A stretch of DNA of 64,000 nucleotides from Candidatus Sulfomarinibacteraceae bacterium (lineage in GTDB: Bacteria; Acidobacteriota; Thermoanaerobaculia; Thermoanaerobaculales; Sulfomarinibacteraceae): NCBI GenBank assembly GCA_963796455.1, contig CAWCLO010000001.1, positions 928,001 to 992,000 of the forward strand, in the 5' to 3' direction. Position numbers and translations under genes: made by a program. The notes under the pieces are model-generated. The model saw nothing but the letters and a program-made list of their open reading frames with translations. It searched no databases and was not told the origin of the DNA. Positions 49,095 to 58,862 of this stretch are shown in pieces (positions within the stretch are counted from its first letter, which is position 1; every line of letters starts with the position of its first letter).

Positions 49095-50354
49095 TTATGA
49101 ACGTCGCACGGCGTGCATGGTGAATCCATCGCCGTCGGGGTTGGGCAGGATTCGGCAACCTCCAGTCGGGGTCGGGATCCACGGTGCGCCTTCGGGCATC
49201 GCCGCAGAGAGATTCTCGATCGCGAAACCCTCGGACAACCTGGAGACGACACCCTCATTCTCCTCTGGCTCGACCGAACAGGTCGAGTAGAGCAGAACCC
49301 CACCCGGCGCGACGAGCCCGAGCGCGGATTCAAAGAGCGCCCTCTGTTTGACGGCCATCTCTTGCACCGACTCCGGGCGCAAACGCCACTTGAGCTCCGG
49401 GTGGCGGCGAAAGGTCCCGCTCCCGGAACAGGGCGCATCGAGGAGAACCAGATCCCAGGATTCGGGCGCAAAGGGCGGTTGCATTGCGTCCGCCACCACC
49501 ACCGATTGCCCGGCCCAGCTCTCGAGAGTCCGCGCCATCATTCGCACCCTTTGAGGTGACACATCGGCCGCAACCCGCAGAGTGCCAAGGTCATTTTTCG
49601 CCATCAAAGCGGACTTCCCGCCAGGTGCGGCACAGAGGTCGATCACCCGGCCGGCCGTTCCCGTCAAACTCCCGGCGATATGCGCCACCAGCTGCGAACT
49701 CGGATCCTGGGCATAGGCTCTGCGCGCCGCAACCACCTGGACGAGATCCGCCGCTTTGCCCGGGGCCGTCCAGCAATCCGGCATCCAGGGGTGCGCTTCG
49801 AGTTCCACCCCATCCGCGGCGAGGGCCCGCCGGCCGTCATCATCGAGGAACCACACCCAGGTGACGGCCCCTTCCTGGGATGCCGCCATCGACTCCTTCG
49901 CTGGGCCGGAATCGAAGTTTTCGAGCCACCGTTGATAGAGCCACCCTGGATGGGAAAGCCGAATATCGATCGATGAGCTCTCGAGTATTTCGGGCCAACC
50001 GGCGGCCGCCTTGCGGAGGATCGCGTTGACCATCCCCGCAGCGGAGGATCGGCCAAGGCGGCGGGCCAGGCGAACGGCACCATCGGTGGCAAGCGCCGGA
50101 GGAACGTCCAGACGCATTACCTCGACCAGACCCAGGCGCAGGACCACCCGGACTTCCGGATCGAGTTTCTCGAGGTCCTTTCGACACCACTGCTGAAGCA
50201 CCACATCCAGGGCGCGCAGACAGCGGAGAACTTCGAGCACCCGAATCCTGACTGCCGGTGGTGAACCGCCGGCCATCAACCGGGAGGAGAAGGCCCCACC
50301 CTCGACCCGCAGCAGAAGGCGCGCGGCCGTCAGGCGATCAGCCGAAAGCCTCAC
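49095..50354 (-). CDS. rsmB: 16S rRNA m5C967 methyltransferase RsmB/Sun
   Basis: NusB-like N-terminus; QD.SS, DLCAAPGGKS, LDAPCSGSG, YSTCS...ENE; directly follows fmt. Confidence 0.9.
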   Translation of the reverse strand: MRLSADRLTAARLLLRVEGGAFSSRLMAGGSPPAVRIRVLEVLRCLRALDVVLQQWCRKDLEKLDPEVRVVLRLGLVEVMRLDVPPALATDGAVRLARRLGRSSAAGMVNAILRKAAAGWPEILESSSIDIRLSHPGWLYQRWLENFDSGPAKESMAASQEGAVTWVWFLDDDGRRALAADGVELEAHPWMPDCWTAPGKAADLVQVVAARRAYAQDPSSQLVAHIAGSLTGTAGRVIDLCAAPGGKSALMAKNDLGTLRVAADVSPQRVRMMARTLESWAGQSVVVADAMQPPFAPESWDLVLLDAPCSGSGTFRRHPELKWRLRPESVQEMAVKQRALFESALGLVAPGGVLLYSTCSVEPEENEGVVSRLSEGFAIENLSAAMPEGAPWIPTPTGGCRILPNPDGDGFTMHAVRRS

Positions 50355-51276
50355 CCGAGCTCACTCGCTCGCCGATCAGAAACGCATCCGCCGGCATCCG
50401 GCGACGGCCCTCGCGCTGCATCTCCGTGATCTTGGCAGCCGAACCGCGACCGCAGCGGACCACGATGCCATCCCCTTCGGCGATGAGGACGACTCCCGGT
50501 TCTTCTGAGCCCGGCGGTGGAGGTTTGACCTCCTCGAGACCGAAAATCTTCATTCGGCCGCCACGAAACTTGGTGTAGAGACCGGGCCAAGGCGAAAACC
50601 CCCGCAGACGATTCACCAGTTGACGCGCCGGCATCGTCCAATCCACTTTGGCGAAGTTGCGTCGCAACATCGGAGTCGTGTTGGATCCATCGGCGGGCTG
50701 CGGGCGAGGCGTCACCGTGCCCTCCTCGAGGGCGTCGAGAGTCTTCACGATCAACCGGGCACCGATCTCCGCCAGACGAGGACTCAGCATCTCGGCTGTT
50801 TCTTCATCCTCGATCGTGACCCGTTCCTGGAGAAGGAGCGGTCCGGTGTCCATTCCTTCATCGACCTGCATCGTCGTGACCCCGGTCGCCCGGTCGCCAC
50901 AAACGAGTGCCCACTGAATAGGTGACGGTCCCCTGTGGCGCGGCAACAGACTTGGGTGGAGGTTGACGAACCCATGTTCGAGGAGGGTGAGGAGCCGAGC
51001 GGGTATCAGCTTGCCGTAGGCCACCACCACAGCCACGTCGGCGCCGATTTCCGCCAGAGAATCGTCGATCTCCTTTGATTTGAGCGTCTTCGGCTGCACG
51101 ATTGGTATCTCGCGGTCTTGTACGAGTTCGACCACGGGGGGTGAAGACAGTACCTGGCGGCGCCCGACGGGTCGATCGGGCCGGGATACGACGAGCACGA
51201 CCTCGTGCCGGCTTTCGATCAACCGCTCGAGGGTCGGTACGGCGAATTCAGGGGTTCCAAAAAAGACGACCTTCAT
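50338..51276 (-). CDS. fmt: Methionyl-tRNA formyltransferase
   Basis: FFGTPEFAVP, VVAYG, NLHPSLLPRHRG..PIQ, GMDTG. Confidence 0.96.
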   Translation of the reverse strand: MKVVFFGTPEFAVPTLERLIESRHEVVLVVSRPDRPVGRRQVLSSPPVVELVQDREIPIVQPKTLKSKEIDDSLAEIGADVAVVVAYGKLIPARLLTLLEHGFVNLHPSLLPRHRGPSPIQWALVCGDRATGVTTMQVDEGMDTGPLLLQERVTIEDEETAEMLSPRLAEIGARLIVKTLDALEEGTVTPRPQPADGSNTTPMLRRNFAKVDWTMPARQLVNRLRGFSPWPGLYTKFRGGRMKIFGLEEVKPPPPGSEEPGVVLIAEGDGIVVRCGRGSAAKITEMQREGRRRMPADAFLIGERVSSGEAFG

Positions 51277-51358
51277 CCGCGCAGTGTACACGAAGATTCG
51301 GTCTCAATTCACTGTCAAGATCGGATCCTGTCAGGGCGATGTCCCGCAGGTTATGCAG

Positions 51359-51691
51359 GATCACTCTTGTCCCAGACAGAGTCTCGGATAGCGTGCAGGG
51401 ACAGCGCCAGAGAACGGTCGACAGCGTCAGCGAACTGGAGTCAGGGGCAGTGTTCAGCTATCAGCACTCAATTCGTCGGGTTCAAGAGCCGCAAGATAAT
51501 GGCCCGAACCTGATCGAAGGTGTTCATCGCCTCACGGGCGCCCGCCCACCGGCCACCCCGTTCCGTTGCACAACCCGGAGGTGGTGGCCACGCCGCCACC
51601 TGGACTCCTGAACGCTGCCGCCGATCGCTGCAAACTGATCGCTGACCGTTGTTCCCTGTCGCTGATCACTGTCGCTGCCGCTGCAATTCGG
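51359..51691. repeat. Foldback element: GACAGC-type hexamer arm, core, CGCTGT-type arm
   Basis: Inverted homolog of 61100-61396 with shared ends and core. Confidence 0.8.
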
Positions 51692-51860
51692 ACGCGGACG
51701 AGGACGCGGGCACGGGGCAACGGCGAACCGAATATGCCCAAAACCAACCCGTAAACCCCGTGTTGTCAATCGGGCAACTTCAGATCACGATCTGTTTTGG
51801 ACAGCACTGATACAGGAAGATAGTCGATTCACCTGACGGCTTGCCACTGGTCGAGTGCGA

Positions 51861-51896
51861 TGAATCCTGAATCCTGAGTCCTGTGGCCTGAATCCC
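51861..51896 (+). repeat. Heptamer array TGAATCC
   Basis: Read directly from the sequence. Confidence 0.75.
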
Positions 51897-51972
51897 GTTA
51901 CCGGGCGGGTTGGAAATAACTGAGAACTCATATACATTCCACTGTTCTGAGTAGATTGAACGGAGTGTGCTC

Positions 51973-54597
51973 ATGACAACCATGTCGCCGGAAGAGATCC
52001 GCGCGAAGCTCGATGACATATTGCCGGGGGTCCAGAAACCGACCCGCTATCTCGGCATCGAACGAAATCTGGTCCGCAAACCCTGGCAGTCGGTCAAGGT
52101 GCGAGTCGCCCTTGCCTTTCCAGATGCCTACGAGATCGGCATGTCCCATCAGGGGACTCGGGTGCTGTACCACCTCGTCAATCGACGTGACGACGCACTG
52201 GCCGAGCGGACCTTCGCCCCGATGCCGGACATGGCGGAAGCCCTGCGCAGCAACGATGTGCCCCTCTTCTCACTGGAAACCTATCAACCAGTTGGCGCAT
52301 TCGATATGGTCGGGATCTCGCTTCAGTCAGAGCTCAACTACATCAACATCCCGTACATGCTCGATCTTGCGCGGATCACGAGAAGGGCCTCGGACCGGGG
52401 TCACAATGAGCCCTTCGTCATCGGCGGTGGGCCCTGTACAGCCAACCCGGAACCAGTTGCCGACTTTTTCGATGCCATCCTGATCGGCGATGGAGAAGCG
52501 GCCCTCGACGACATCCTCGACACCATCGGCGACGGCCGCGCCGCCGGTTCCTCCAGGCTCGAGATCCTGAAGCGATTGGCCGCCATCCGTGGGGTCTATG
52601 TCCCAACCTTCTACAAATGGACGCCGGCAGAGGGCGACAAGCCTGCAACCTGGCAGACCCAGGACGCGCAAGCAGTTTTTCCGGTCGAGCGCGTCTGGGT
52701 GAAAGAACTCGATCCTGACAGCCAACCCGAATCGGTGATCGTTCCGTTTGCCGACGTGATCCAGGATCGTATCGGGATGGAAATCATGCGGGGCTGCACC
52801 CAGGGGTGCCGGTTCTGCCAGGCGGGTTACTGGTATCGACCGGTTCGCGAACACGACCCCGAAATGGTGCTCGAACGAATCCAGAAACAGGTTGCTGACA
52901 CCGGCTTCGAACAGGTTGGGCTACTCAGTCTCTCGACCGCCGACTACTCGCAGGTGGAACCGCTGGTATATCGCCTGTCGGAAGAACTGCAGGATCGCCG
53001 GGTCTCCGTGAGCCTGCCATCGCTCCGCGCCGATGCGTTCTCCGTCGGCCTTGCCGAGGCCGTTTCCCGGGTCCGCAAATCCGGTTTCACTTTCGCACCC
53101 GAAACCGGGTCCGATCGACTGCGGCGGGTCATCAACAAGACCTTCACCAACGCCGACATGGTGCAGGCTGCCGAGGCGGCGTTCTCGAAGGGCTGGAACC
53201 TCATCAAGGTCTACGCGATGATCGGGCTGCCCACCGAAACCGATGACGACCTCGAAGAGCTTGCCCGTTTGACCGAAGACATCCTCGAGGCCGCGCGTCG
53301 GTCCGGCAGAGGACGCAAGGTGCAGGTCAAGGTGTCGGTTGGCTGTTTCATCCCCAAGTCGTGGACGCCTTTTCAGTGGCAACCTTTTACCGGTGTTGGA
53401 GAACTCGAGCGCCGGATCCATCTCCTCAAGAACCGCTTCAAGAGGATTCGCGGCGCTCGCCTGACGTGGTCGGAACCGAGAGAAGCGGCTCTCGAGTCGC
53501 TGCTCTCGCGCGGCGGCCGAAATCTGTCCGAGACCATCGAACGAGCGCACGACCTCGGTGCCGTGTTCGACGGTTGGAATGATCTCCTCGACCTCGACGC
53601 CTGGCGCACAGCAATTGATGAGACCGGGGTCGATATGGAAACCGAACTGGGCGAGAGACAGCTCGGCGACACACTGCCCTGGGACGTCATCGACGCCGGC
53701 GTGCGCAAGGGTTATCTCAAGGCCGAATGGCGCCGCGCGCTCAAAGAGGACCAGACCGAAGACTGCAAGTGGGGCCACTGCTATCGCTGTGGGATTCCGG
53801 GCGACGGCGAAGACACCCAGCTCGCCCCGGCATCGCTGCCGGTGATTGGCGACGTTCTTCCCGAGGAGGACCAACCAAAGGCGGCAGCTTACCGCCTGCG
53901 GCCCGAGCCCCGCATCCCGCCACCGGACAAAAGCCGCGCCCAACCGCCGGTCTTTCGCCGCTTTCGCTTCACCTTCACCAAGACCGGCGACGCGAGATGG
54001 TTGTCTCACCGACAGATCATGGATGCCCTCGAACGGATTCTCCGCGCGGCCGAGATCCCGGTCCGATATACCGAAGGATTCAACCCCCATATCCGCCTAT
54101 CCATGGGCCCGGCCCTTTCGGTTGGTCACGAGGGTGAAGCAGAGATCTTCGACGTGGACTGCACCGCCCCGGTGCGCCCTCAGCACATCGAGCAGGCCAA
54201 CCGGCTCCTGCCTGACGGCGTCAAAATCACTGCTGTCCAGGCCTTGTTGCCCGGTGCCCCGTCACTCGGGAAGCTGATCGCAGCGGCCCGGTATCGGATA
54301 TCGGCGCCGCGCATCGACGATCGAAGCTGGCCAGCCTCGAGTGAAGGCCTTGCCGATGATCTGGGTTCAGGGGTCGGGAGCTGGGCCCTGCTCGAGGACG
54401 GCAGTCTTCGAGTCGAACTCAATGCCCGGCAAGAGGACGGCCCGACGGTTTCGGTCAAAAAGCTCCTTCTCGGTCTCGGACTCGACGAGGATGAATCCAT
54501 CCGGACAACGGTTGCCCGTGAAGGGCTGGTGCTCAGACCGCGAACCAAAAAAACAAAGCCTGCCGCAACGGAGACGACCGGGACGGTTCACCCGTGA
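51973..54597 (+). CDS. B12-binding-type radical SAM protein (TIGR03960-like) fused to a radical SAM-linked DUF2344-type domain
   Basis: VQKPTRYLG.E, FPDAYEIGMS, RGCTQGCRFC; C-terminal F.K.G..R..SH...YTEGFNPH. Confidence 0.9.
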   Translation: MTTMSPEEIRAKLDDILPGVQKPTRYLGIERNLVRKPWQSVKVRVALAFPDAYEIGMSHQGTRVLYHLVNRRDDALAERTFAPMPDMAEALRSNDVPLFSLETYQPVGAFDMVGISLQSELNYINIPYMLDLARITRRASDRGHNEPFVIGGGPCTANPEPVADFFDAILIGDGEAALDDILDTIGDGRAAGSSRLEILKRLAAIRGVYVPTFYKWTPAEGDKPATWQTQDAQAVFPVERVWVKELDPDSQPESVIVPFADVIQDRIGMEIMRGCTQGCRFCQAGYWYRPVREHDPEMVLERIQKQVADTGFEQVGLLSLSTADYSQVEPLVYRLSEELQDRRVSVSLPSLRADAFSVGLAEAVSRVRKSGFTFAPETGSDRLRRVINKTFTNADMVQAAEAAFSKGWNLIKVYAMIGLPTETDDDLEELARLTEDILEAARRSGRGRKVQVKVSVGCFIPKSWTPFQWQPFTGVGELERRIHLLKNRFKRIRGARLTWSEPREAALESLLSRGGRNLSETIERAHDLGAVFDGWNDLLDLDAWRTAIDETGVDMETELGERQLGDTLPWDVIDAGVRKGYLKAEWRRALKEDQTEDCKWGHCYRCGIPGDGEDTQLAPASLPVIGDVLPEEDQPKAAAYRLRPEPRIPPPDKSRAQPPVFRRFRFTFTKTGDARWLSHRQIMDALERILRAAEIPVRYTEGFNPHIRLSMGPALSVGHEGEAEIFDVDCTAPVRPQHIEQANRLLPDGVKITAVQALLPGAPSLGKLIAAARYRISAPRIDDRSWPASSEGLADDLGSGVGSWALLEDGSLRVELNARQEDGPTVSVKKLLLGLGLDEDESIRTTVAREGLVLRPRTKKTKPAATETTGTVHP

Positions 54598-54974
54598 GGG
54601 CACGATGGGTCATTCACTCGCGTTCGAATTTCAACGCGCACCACGCCCTGACCATTTACCTGGGCCAAGCGGAAGCCTCCCACAGTCACGAGTGGCAGGT
54701 CGAGGTACAGGTCGGCACGGATCGCCTCAACGACGAGGGATATGCGCTCGATTTCCACGCGGTACATCGGATTCTCAAAGATGCGGTGGCTCCCCTCGAG
54801 GACATGGACCTCAACCAACACCCTGAGATCGGCAAGCCGACACCCTCGGCCGAGCGGGTGGCCGAGGTGCTCGCCGGCCACCTGGCGCCGAAGTTCGAAG
54901 AGATCGGGGGCCGTCTCATTTCAGTGAGTGTGTGGGAGGGACCGGAGAACCGGGTTGATCTCAACCTCGGTTGA
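54594..54974 (+). CDS. 6-pyruvoyl-tetrahydropterin synthase / QueD family protein
   Basis: FNAHH, HSH, DFH, LN, PSAE, VWE; no catalytic Cys. Confidence 0.85.
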   Translation: MRARWVIHSRSNFNAHHALTIYLGQAEASHSHEWQVEVQVGTDRLNDEGYALDFHAVHRILKDAVAPLEDMDLNQHPEIGKPTPSAERVAEVLAGHLAPKFEEIGGRLISVSVWEGPENRVDLNLG

Positions 54975-54993
54975 CACGGGACGCAACGGGGTT

Positions 54994-55073
54994 GGGCTAT
55001 GGGGCTATGCGCTATGGGGCTATGGGGCTATGCGCTACTTAGGGGCTATGGGGCTATGGGGCTATGGGGCTAT
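54994..55073 (+). repeat. Tandem array (GGGGCTAT)n, about 10 units
   Basis: Read directly from the sequence. Confidence 0.92.
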
Positions 55074-55100
55074 TGAGCAATCGGTGTTCGTTGGCAGGAG

Positions 55101-55457
55101 TCAATAGGACCTGCGCTTCTGAATGAATGAGGCAAGAGCGGCCGCCGTTCTGCCTTGCGATTCGCGCAGCTTTTCTGATTTCCCATCGGCCAAATATCCC
55201 AGCCTGTGAGAAAGGTCGATCAGGTACCCCAATTCCCGGACCGATCCAAATGCGATATCGAGAAAACGGTCGAATTCGGTTTCAGTCCTTCGGCCACAAC
55301 CTTCTACAATATTTGCGGCGACAGAGACGGAGCACCGTCTCATCTGGCTGACCAATCCATAGAGTTCGTCCTGTGGATAACTTTTTGTCGCTTGGTAAAC
55401 GAGAATCACCAGATCATCTGCCAACCGATAAACATCAAGCTTTCGATGGTCTCTCAA
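55101..55457 (-). CDS. Four helix bundle protein (23S rRNA-IVP / Avd-like family)
   Basis: RDHRKLDVY, YPQDELYGLVSQMRR.SVSVAANIVEG, FLDIAFGS..E, LGY. Confidence 0.92.
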   Translation of the reverse strand: MRDHRKLDVYRLADDLVILVYQATKSYPQDELYGLVSQMRRCSVSVAANIVEGCGRRTETEFDRFLDIAFGSVRELGYLIDLSHRLGYLADGKSEKLRESQGRTAAALASFIQKRRSY

Positions 55458-55494
55458 AGCGTTCTCACTTTAGATCGGAGGCTCCAAACCCGTG

Positions 55495-55531
55495 ATCGCC
55501 ATAGCCTTATAGCCCCACAGCCTCATAGCCT
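55495..55531 (-). repeat. Inverted partner array (ATAGCC(C/T)N units)
   Basis: Reverse complement of the 54994-55073 unit; abuts the upstream gene's stop codon. Confidence 0.85.
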
Positions 55532-57546
55532 CATTGCCCATTCACCGCCTGCGCTACCAACTCGATGACATCGTAGGTCGTCGCGTCCTCATGCCCCATT
55601 TCGTTCTGGGCATCGGAGAGCATCGAGTAGCAGTAGGGGCATGCGACTGCCGTGTCCTTCGTTCCGGTGGCCTCGAGCTGGGCGAACCGGGTCTGGTTGA
55701 TGCGCTCTCCGATGCTTTCCTCGAGCCACATCCGACCGCCGCCGGCGCCGCAGCACATCGAGGTTTCACGACTGAGTTCGGCCTCCCGTACATTGACGCC
55801 CGGAATCGCGTTGAGGAGGAATCGCGGCGCGTCGTATTCGCCGTTGGTGCGGCCGAGATAACAGGGATCGTGATAAGCCACGTCGACATCGACCGTCGCG
55901 GTGAGCTTCACCTTGCCCGACCGTACGAGATCGGCGACGAGTTGGGTGCCGTGGACGACTTCGTACTCTCCGCCGAACTCGGGATACTCGTGCGCCAAGG
56001 TATTGAAGGCGTGCGGGCAATTGGTGACGATTTTCTTGACGCCATAGCCGTTCATGGTCTCGATGTTTTGCTGCGCCAGCATCTGGAAGAGGTATTCGTT
56101 GCCGAGCCGGCGCGCCGCGTCGCCGGTCGAGACCTCCTCGGGACCGAGGATGGCGATCTTGACACCGGCGGTCTGGAGAATCTTGACCATCGCCTGCGAG
56201 ACCTTTTTGCCGTGATCGTCGTAGCTTCCGGGCGACCCGACAAAAAACAGATATTCGAAATCGCCCGCGGCCTCCGCAGCAAGCGGGACACCGAGATCTG
56301 AGGCCCAGTTGCCGCGTTCTTCCGCCGGCAGCTGCCACGGGTTGCCGTTGACCTCGTAGCCGCGGAAGGCAGGTTGGGCTTCGTCGGGGAACTCCGCTTT
56401 CTCGAGCACCAGGTTCCGCCGCAACTCCACCAGCTTGTCGACGTAGCTGATATCGAGGGGACACGCCCGTTCGCACCAGCGGCAGGTGGTGCAAGCCCAG
56501 ATGACCTCGGGATCAACGACCACCGGCACCAGTTGATGTTCGGATCGGTGATCCGCTTCTCCGGGCGAACCGAGAATGTCCTGCTGCTCGGCATAGAGTT
56601 GATCTCGCACGCTCTTCAGAAAAAGCACCGGCTGCAGCGGTTTGTGGGTGAGGGTGGTCGGACAATACTCCCGGCAGCGTCCGCACTCGGTACAGGTGTA
56701 CATATCGAGCATCTGCTTCCAGGTGAAGTCGGTCACCGTCGAGATACCGAACGTGGTGTTGTCGTCGATGTTCTCGAGATCCATGCTCGGCAATTTGCCG
56801 GGAGCATCGAGATTGGCGAAAAAGACGTTGAATATCGAGGTGTAGACGTGGAAGTGCTTGGAGTACGGCAGTTCGTTGGCAAAGGCGAACAGGGTGATGA
56901 GGTGGACCCACCAGCTGAAGCCGTAGATGAATTGGAGCTTCGCCGCGCTGAGACCTGAAAAGGCGCCCGCTACGAGACTCGAGATCGGAAGATAGGAGCC
57001 CTCGAGCTCACCGGCCGCAATGCGCGCGCCCTCCGATGTCAGGTCGGTGATCATGAGGATGGCGATAAAACCAATCACCAACCAGGCGCCCCAGCTCTGA
57101 ATCACGCGCTCCTTCTTCTGGATGCCCCGTCGCCAGATGGCGAAAGCGAGACCGACCAATACCAGCAACTCGAATATGTCCTTGGAGAACAAATAGGCGT
57201 GGCCCACCGGCGAATCGAGGAGCGGCAGTTCCCAACCCGCAAAAAGGCCCTCGAGGACCATGGTCACCGTGCGCACGCTGACCACCAGGAAACCGTAGAA
57301 GATCAGCAGGTGATAGAAACCGGCCAGCTTGTCGTCAAACATCTTCCTCTGACCGAAGGCGTAGACCATCATGTGTTTGAATCGCTCACCTATACGGTCG
57401 AAACGATTGTCCGCCCGGCCGCTCCTGAGAAGCTGAATCCGCCGGCTCAGCGAAAAGATGACTGCGCCGACACCGAAAATCGTGAGAATCCAGAACCAAA
57501 CAACCCCGGAAATCCCCAGAAACGACCCAGCGGTGGCGTGATGCAT
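55531..57546 (-). CDS. Membrane-bound Fe-S oxidoreductase (FadF/HdrF-like)
   Basis: TM N-terminus; CTECGRC...CP, CTTCRWC...CP; CCG domain (HDPCYLGR, CCGAGGG). Confidence 0.9.
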   Translation of the reverse strand: MHHATAGSFLGISGVVWFWILTIFGVGAVIFSLSRRIQLLRSGRADNRFDRIGERFKHMMVYAFGQRKMFDDKLAGFYHLLIFYGFLVVSVRTVTMVLEGLFAGWELPLLDSPVGHAYLFSKDIFELLVLVGLAFAIWRRGIQKKERVIQSWGAWLVIGFIAILMITDLTSEGARIAAGELEGSYLPISSLVAGAFSGLSAAKLQFIYGFSWWVHLITLFAFANELPYSKHFHVYTSIFNVFFANLDAPGKLPSMDLENIDDNTTFGISTVTDFTWKQMLDMYTCTECGRCREYCPTTLTHKPLQPVLFLKSVRDQLYAEQQDILGSPGEADHRSEHQLVPVVVDPEVIWACTTCRWCERACPLDISYVDKLVELRRNLVLEKAEFPDEAQPAFRGYEVNGNPWQLPAEERGNWASDLGVPLAAEAAGDFEYLFFVGSPGSYDDHGKKVSQAMVKILQTAGVKIAILGPEEVSTGDAARRLGNEYLFQMLAQQNIETMNGYGVKKIVTNCPHAFNTLAHEYPEFGGEYEVVHGTQLVADLVRSGKVKLTATVDVDVAYHDPCYLGRTNGEYDAPRFLLNAIPGVNVREAELSRETSMCCGAGGGRMWLEESIGERINQTRFAQLEATGTKDTAVACPYCYSMLSDAQNEMGHEDATTYDVIELVAQAVNGQ

Positions 57547-57625
57547 GACCCCTCCTTCAATTCGGGCGGTTCAACCCGTGCACGAGCAGCACCGATCACG
57601 GGCGAGTATAGCGGGGAGACATGAA

Positions 57626-57667
57626 AATTAGGATTTAGGATTTAGGATTTAGGAATTCAGATTTCGG
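57626..57667 (+). repeat. Heptamer array ATTTAGG
   Basis: Read directly from the sequence. Confidence 0.85.
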
Positions 57668-57742
57668 GCCACAAACGACCGGCGAATGCGTAACCCGGCA
57701 GCAGATGTCGAGCACAGCCACGATGAGAGATCAGGGCATGAT

Positions 57743-58771
57743 TCAGACTGAGAGAGCGGCAACCAGTTTTTCGAGGAGGGACGAGGTCGGGACCTCCGGG
57801 TCCTCCGGATCGATCCAACGCCATGCCTCTGAGGGGGGCTCCAGCACGCCGATATCAAATCGGACCGGGATGACATCAATCTTCCGGTGGGTGATGTTGT
57901 GGCGAACCGGGGCGCCGACGACGCCGTTCGAAGCGGCGGTTTCGGGCAGGAGGTCGCGGGCAGTAGCAGCCGGATCGTCACGATCCCCGATTTCGGTGAA
58001 GGGTGGCAGCCAGAGACCCCTGAGTATCGGACCGTCGTCCACCCTGCGGAGCAACCACAATCCGCCACGGTTGACACAACAGGCTGCCGCCCAGCGGAGC
58101 GCGATCGTGGCCCGCCGGCGACGGGGCGGCGGGTAGGCTTCCTGTTGCCCACCCGCACGCGCTCGACATTTTGACTGCAGCGGACATCGATCGCAGCCCG
58201 GATCGGTTGGTGTGCAGACGGTGGCGCCGAGCTCCATCAGCGCCTCGTTGACCTCGCCCGGCGGCAACCCTTCCTGCATGGATGCGACCCATCCACCGAG
58301 ATGGCGCCGTCCGCCCGCCGATCGCGGGTCGAGATCGAGTGCCTCGACCCGCGCAGCCACGCGCATGACATTGCCATCAAGGACCGGCACCTGTTCGCCA
58401 AATGCCAACGATGCCACCGCAGCCGCAGTATAGGGACCGATTCCAGGAAGCTTCTGGAGCTCGGCGGCAGTCCGCGGGAAATCGCCCCCGACCCCCGATA
58501 ACTCCCGAGCCATTTGATGCAACAGGCGAGCACGCCGGTAGTAGCCGAGGCCTGACCAGGAGGCAAGGACCTCCTCCTCGCTGGCCGACGCGAGTTCCGC
58601 AATTGAGGGAAAACGATCTATAAACGCTTCAAAACGGGGCACGACCCGGTCGACCTGGGTCTGCTGGAGCATGAACTCGCTGACCACTACATGGTAGGGA
58701 TTCCGGGGTTCGGCCCGCCAGGGTAAGCAGCGGGCATTGGTGCGGTACCAGGTCAGAAGCTTTTGGTTCAT
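57743..58771 (-). CDS. mutY: A/G-specific adenine glycosylase
   Basis: LPWR, SEFMLQQTQV, WSGLGYYRRAR, LPGIGPYTA, DGNV, Fe-S cysteines. Confidence 0.95.
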   Translation of the reverse strand: MNQKLLTWYRTNARCLPWRAEPRNPYHVVVSEFMLQQTQVDRVVPRFEAFIDRFPSIAELASASEEEVLASWSGLGYYRRARLLHQMARELSGVGGDFPRTAAELQKLPGIGPYTAAAVASLAFGEQVPVLDGNVMRVAARVEALDLDPRSAGGRRHLGGWVASMQEGLPPGEVNEALMELGATVCTPTDPGCDRCPLQSKCRARAGGQQEAYPPPRRRRATIALRWAAACCVNRGGLWLLRRVDDGPILRGLWLPPFTEIGDRDDPAATARDLLPETAASNGVVGAPVRHNITHRKIDVIPVRFDIGVLEPPSEAWRWIDPEDPEVPTSSLLEKLVAALSV

Positions 58772-58862
58772 CAACCCCGCCATCCTACCCGGACCGGGCC
58801 TCCGCGCTATAATGCGCCACAGATCGCCACGTAACAAACCTGTCTGGGAGGGCAAAACATCC

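Noticed and set aside
55101..55457. Diversity-generating retroelement or 23S rRNA intervening sequence
   Set aside because: No reverse transcriptase, TR/VR pair or rRNA sequence in the window.
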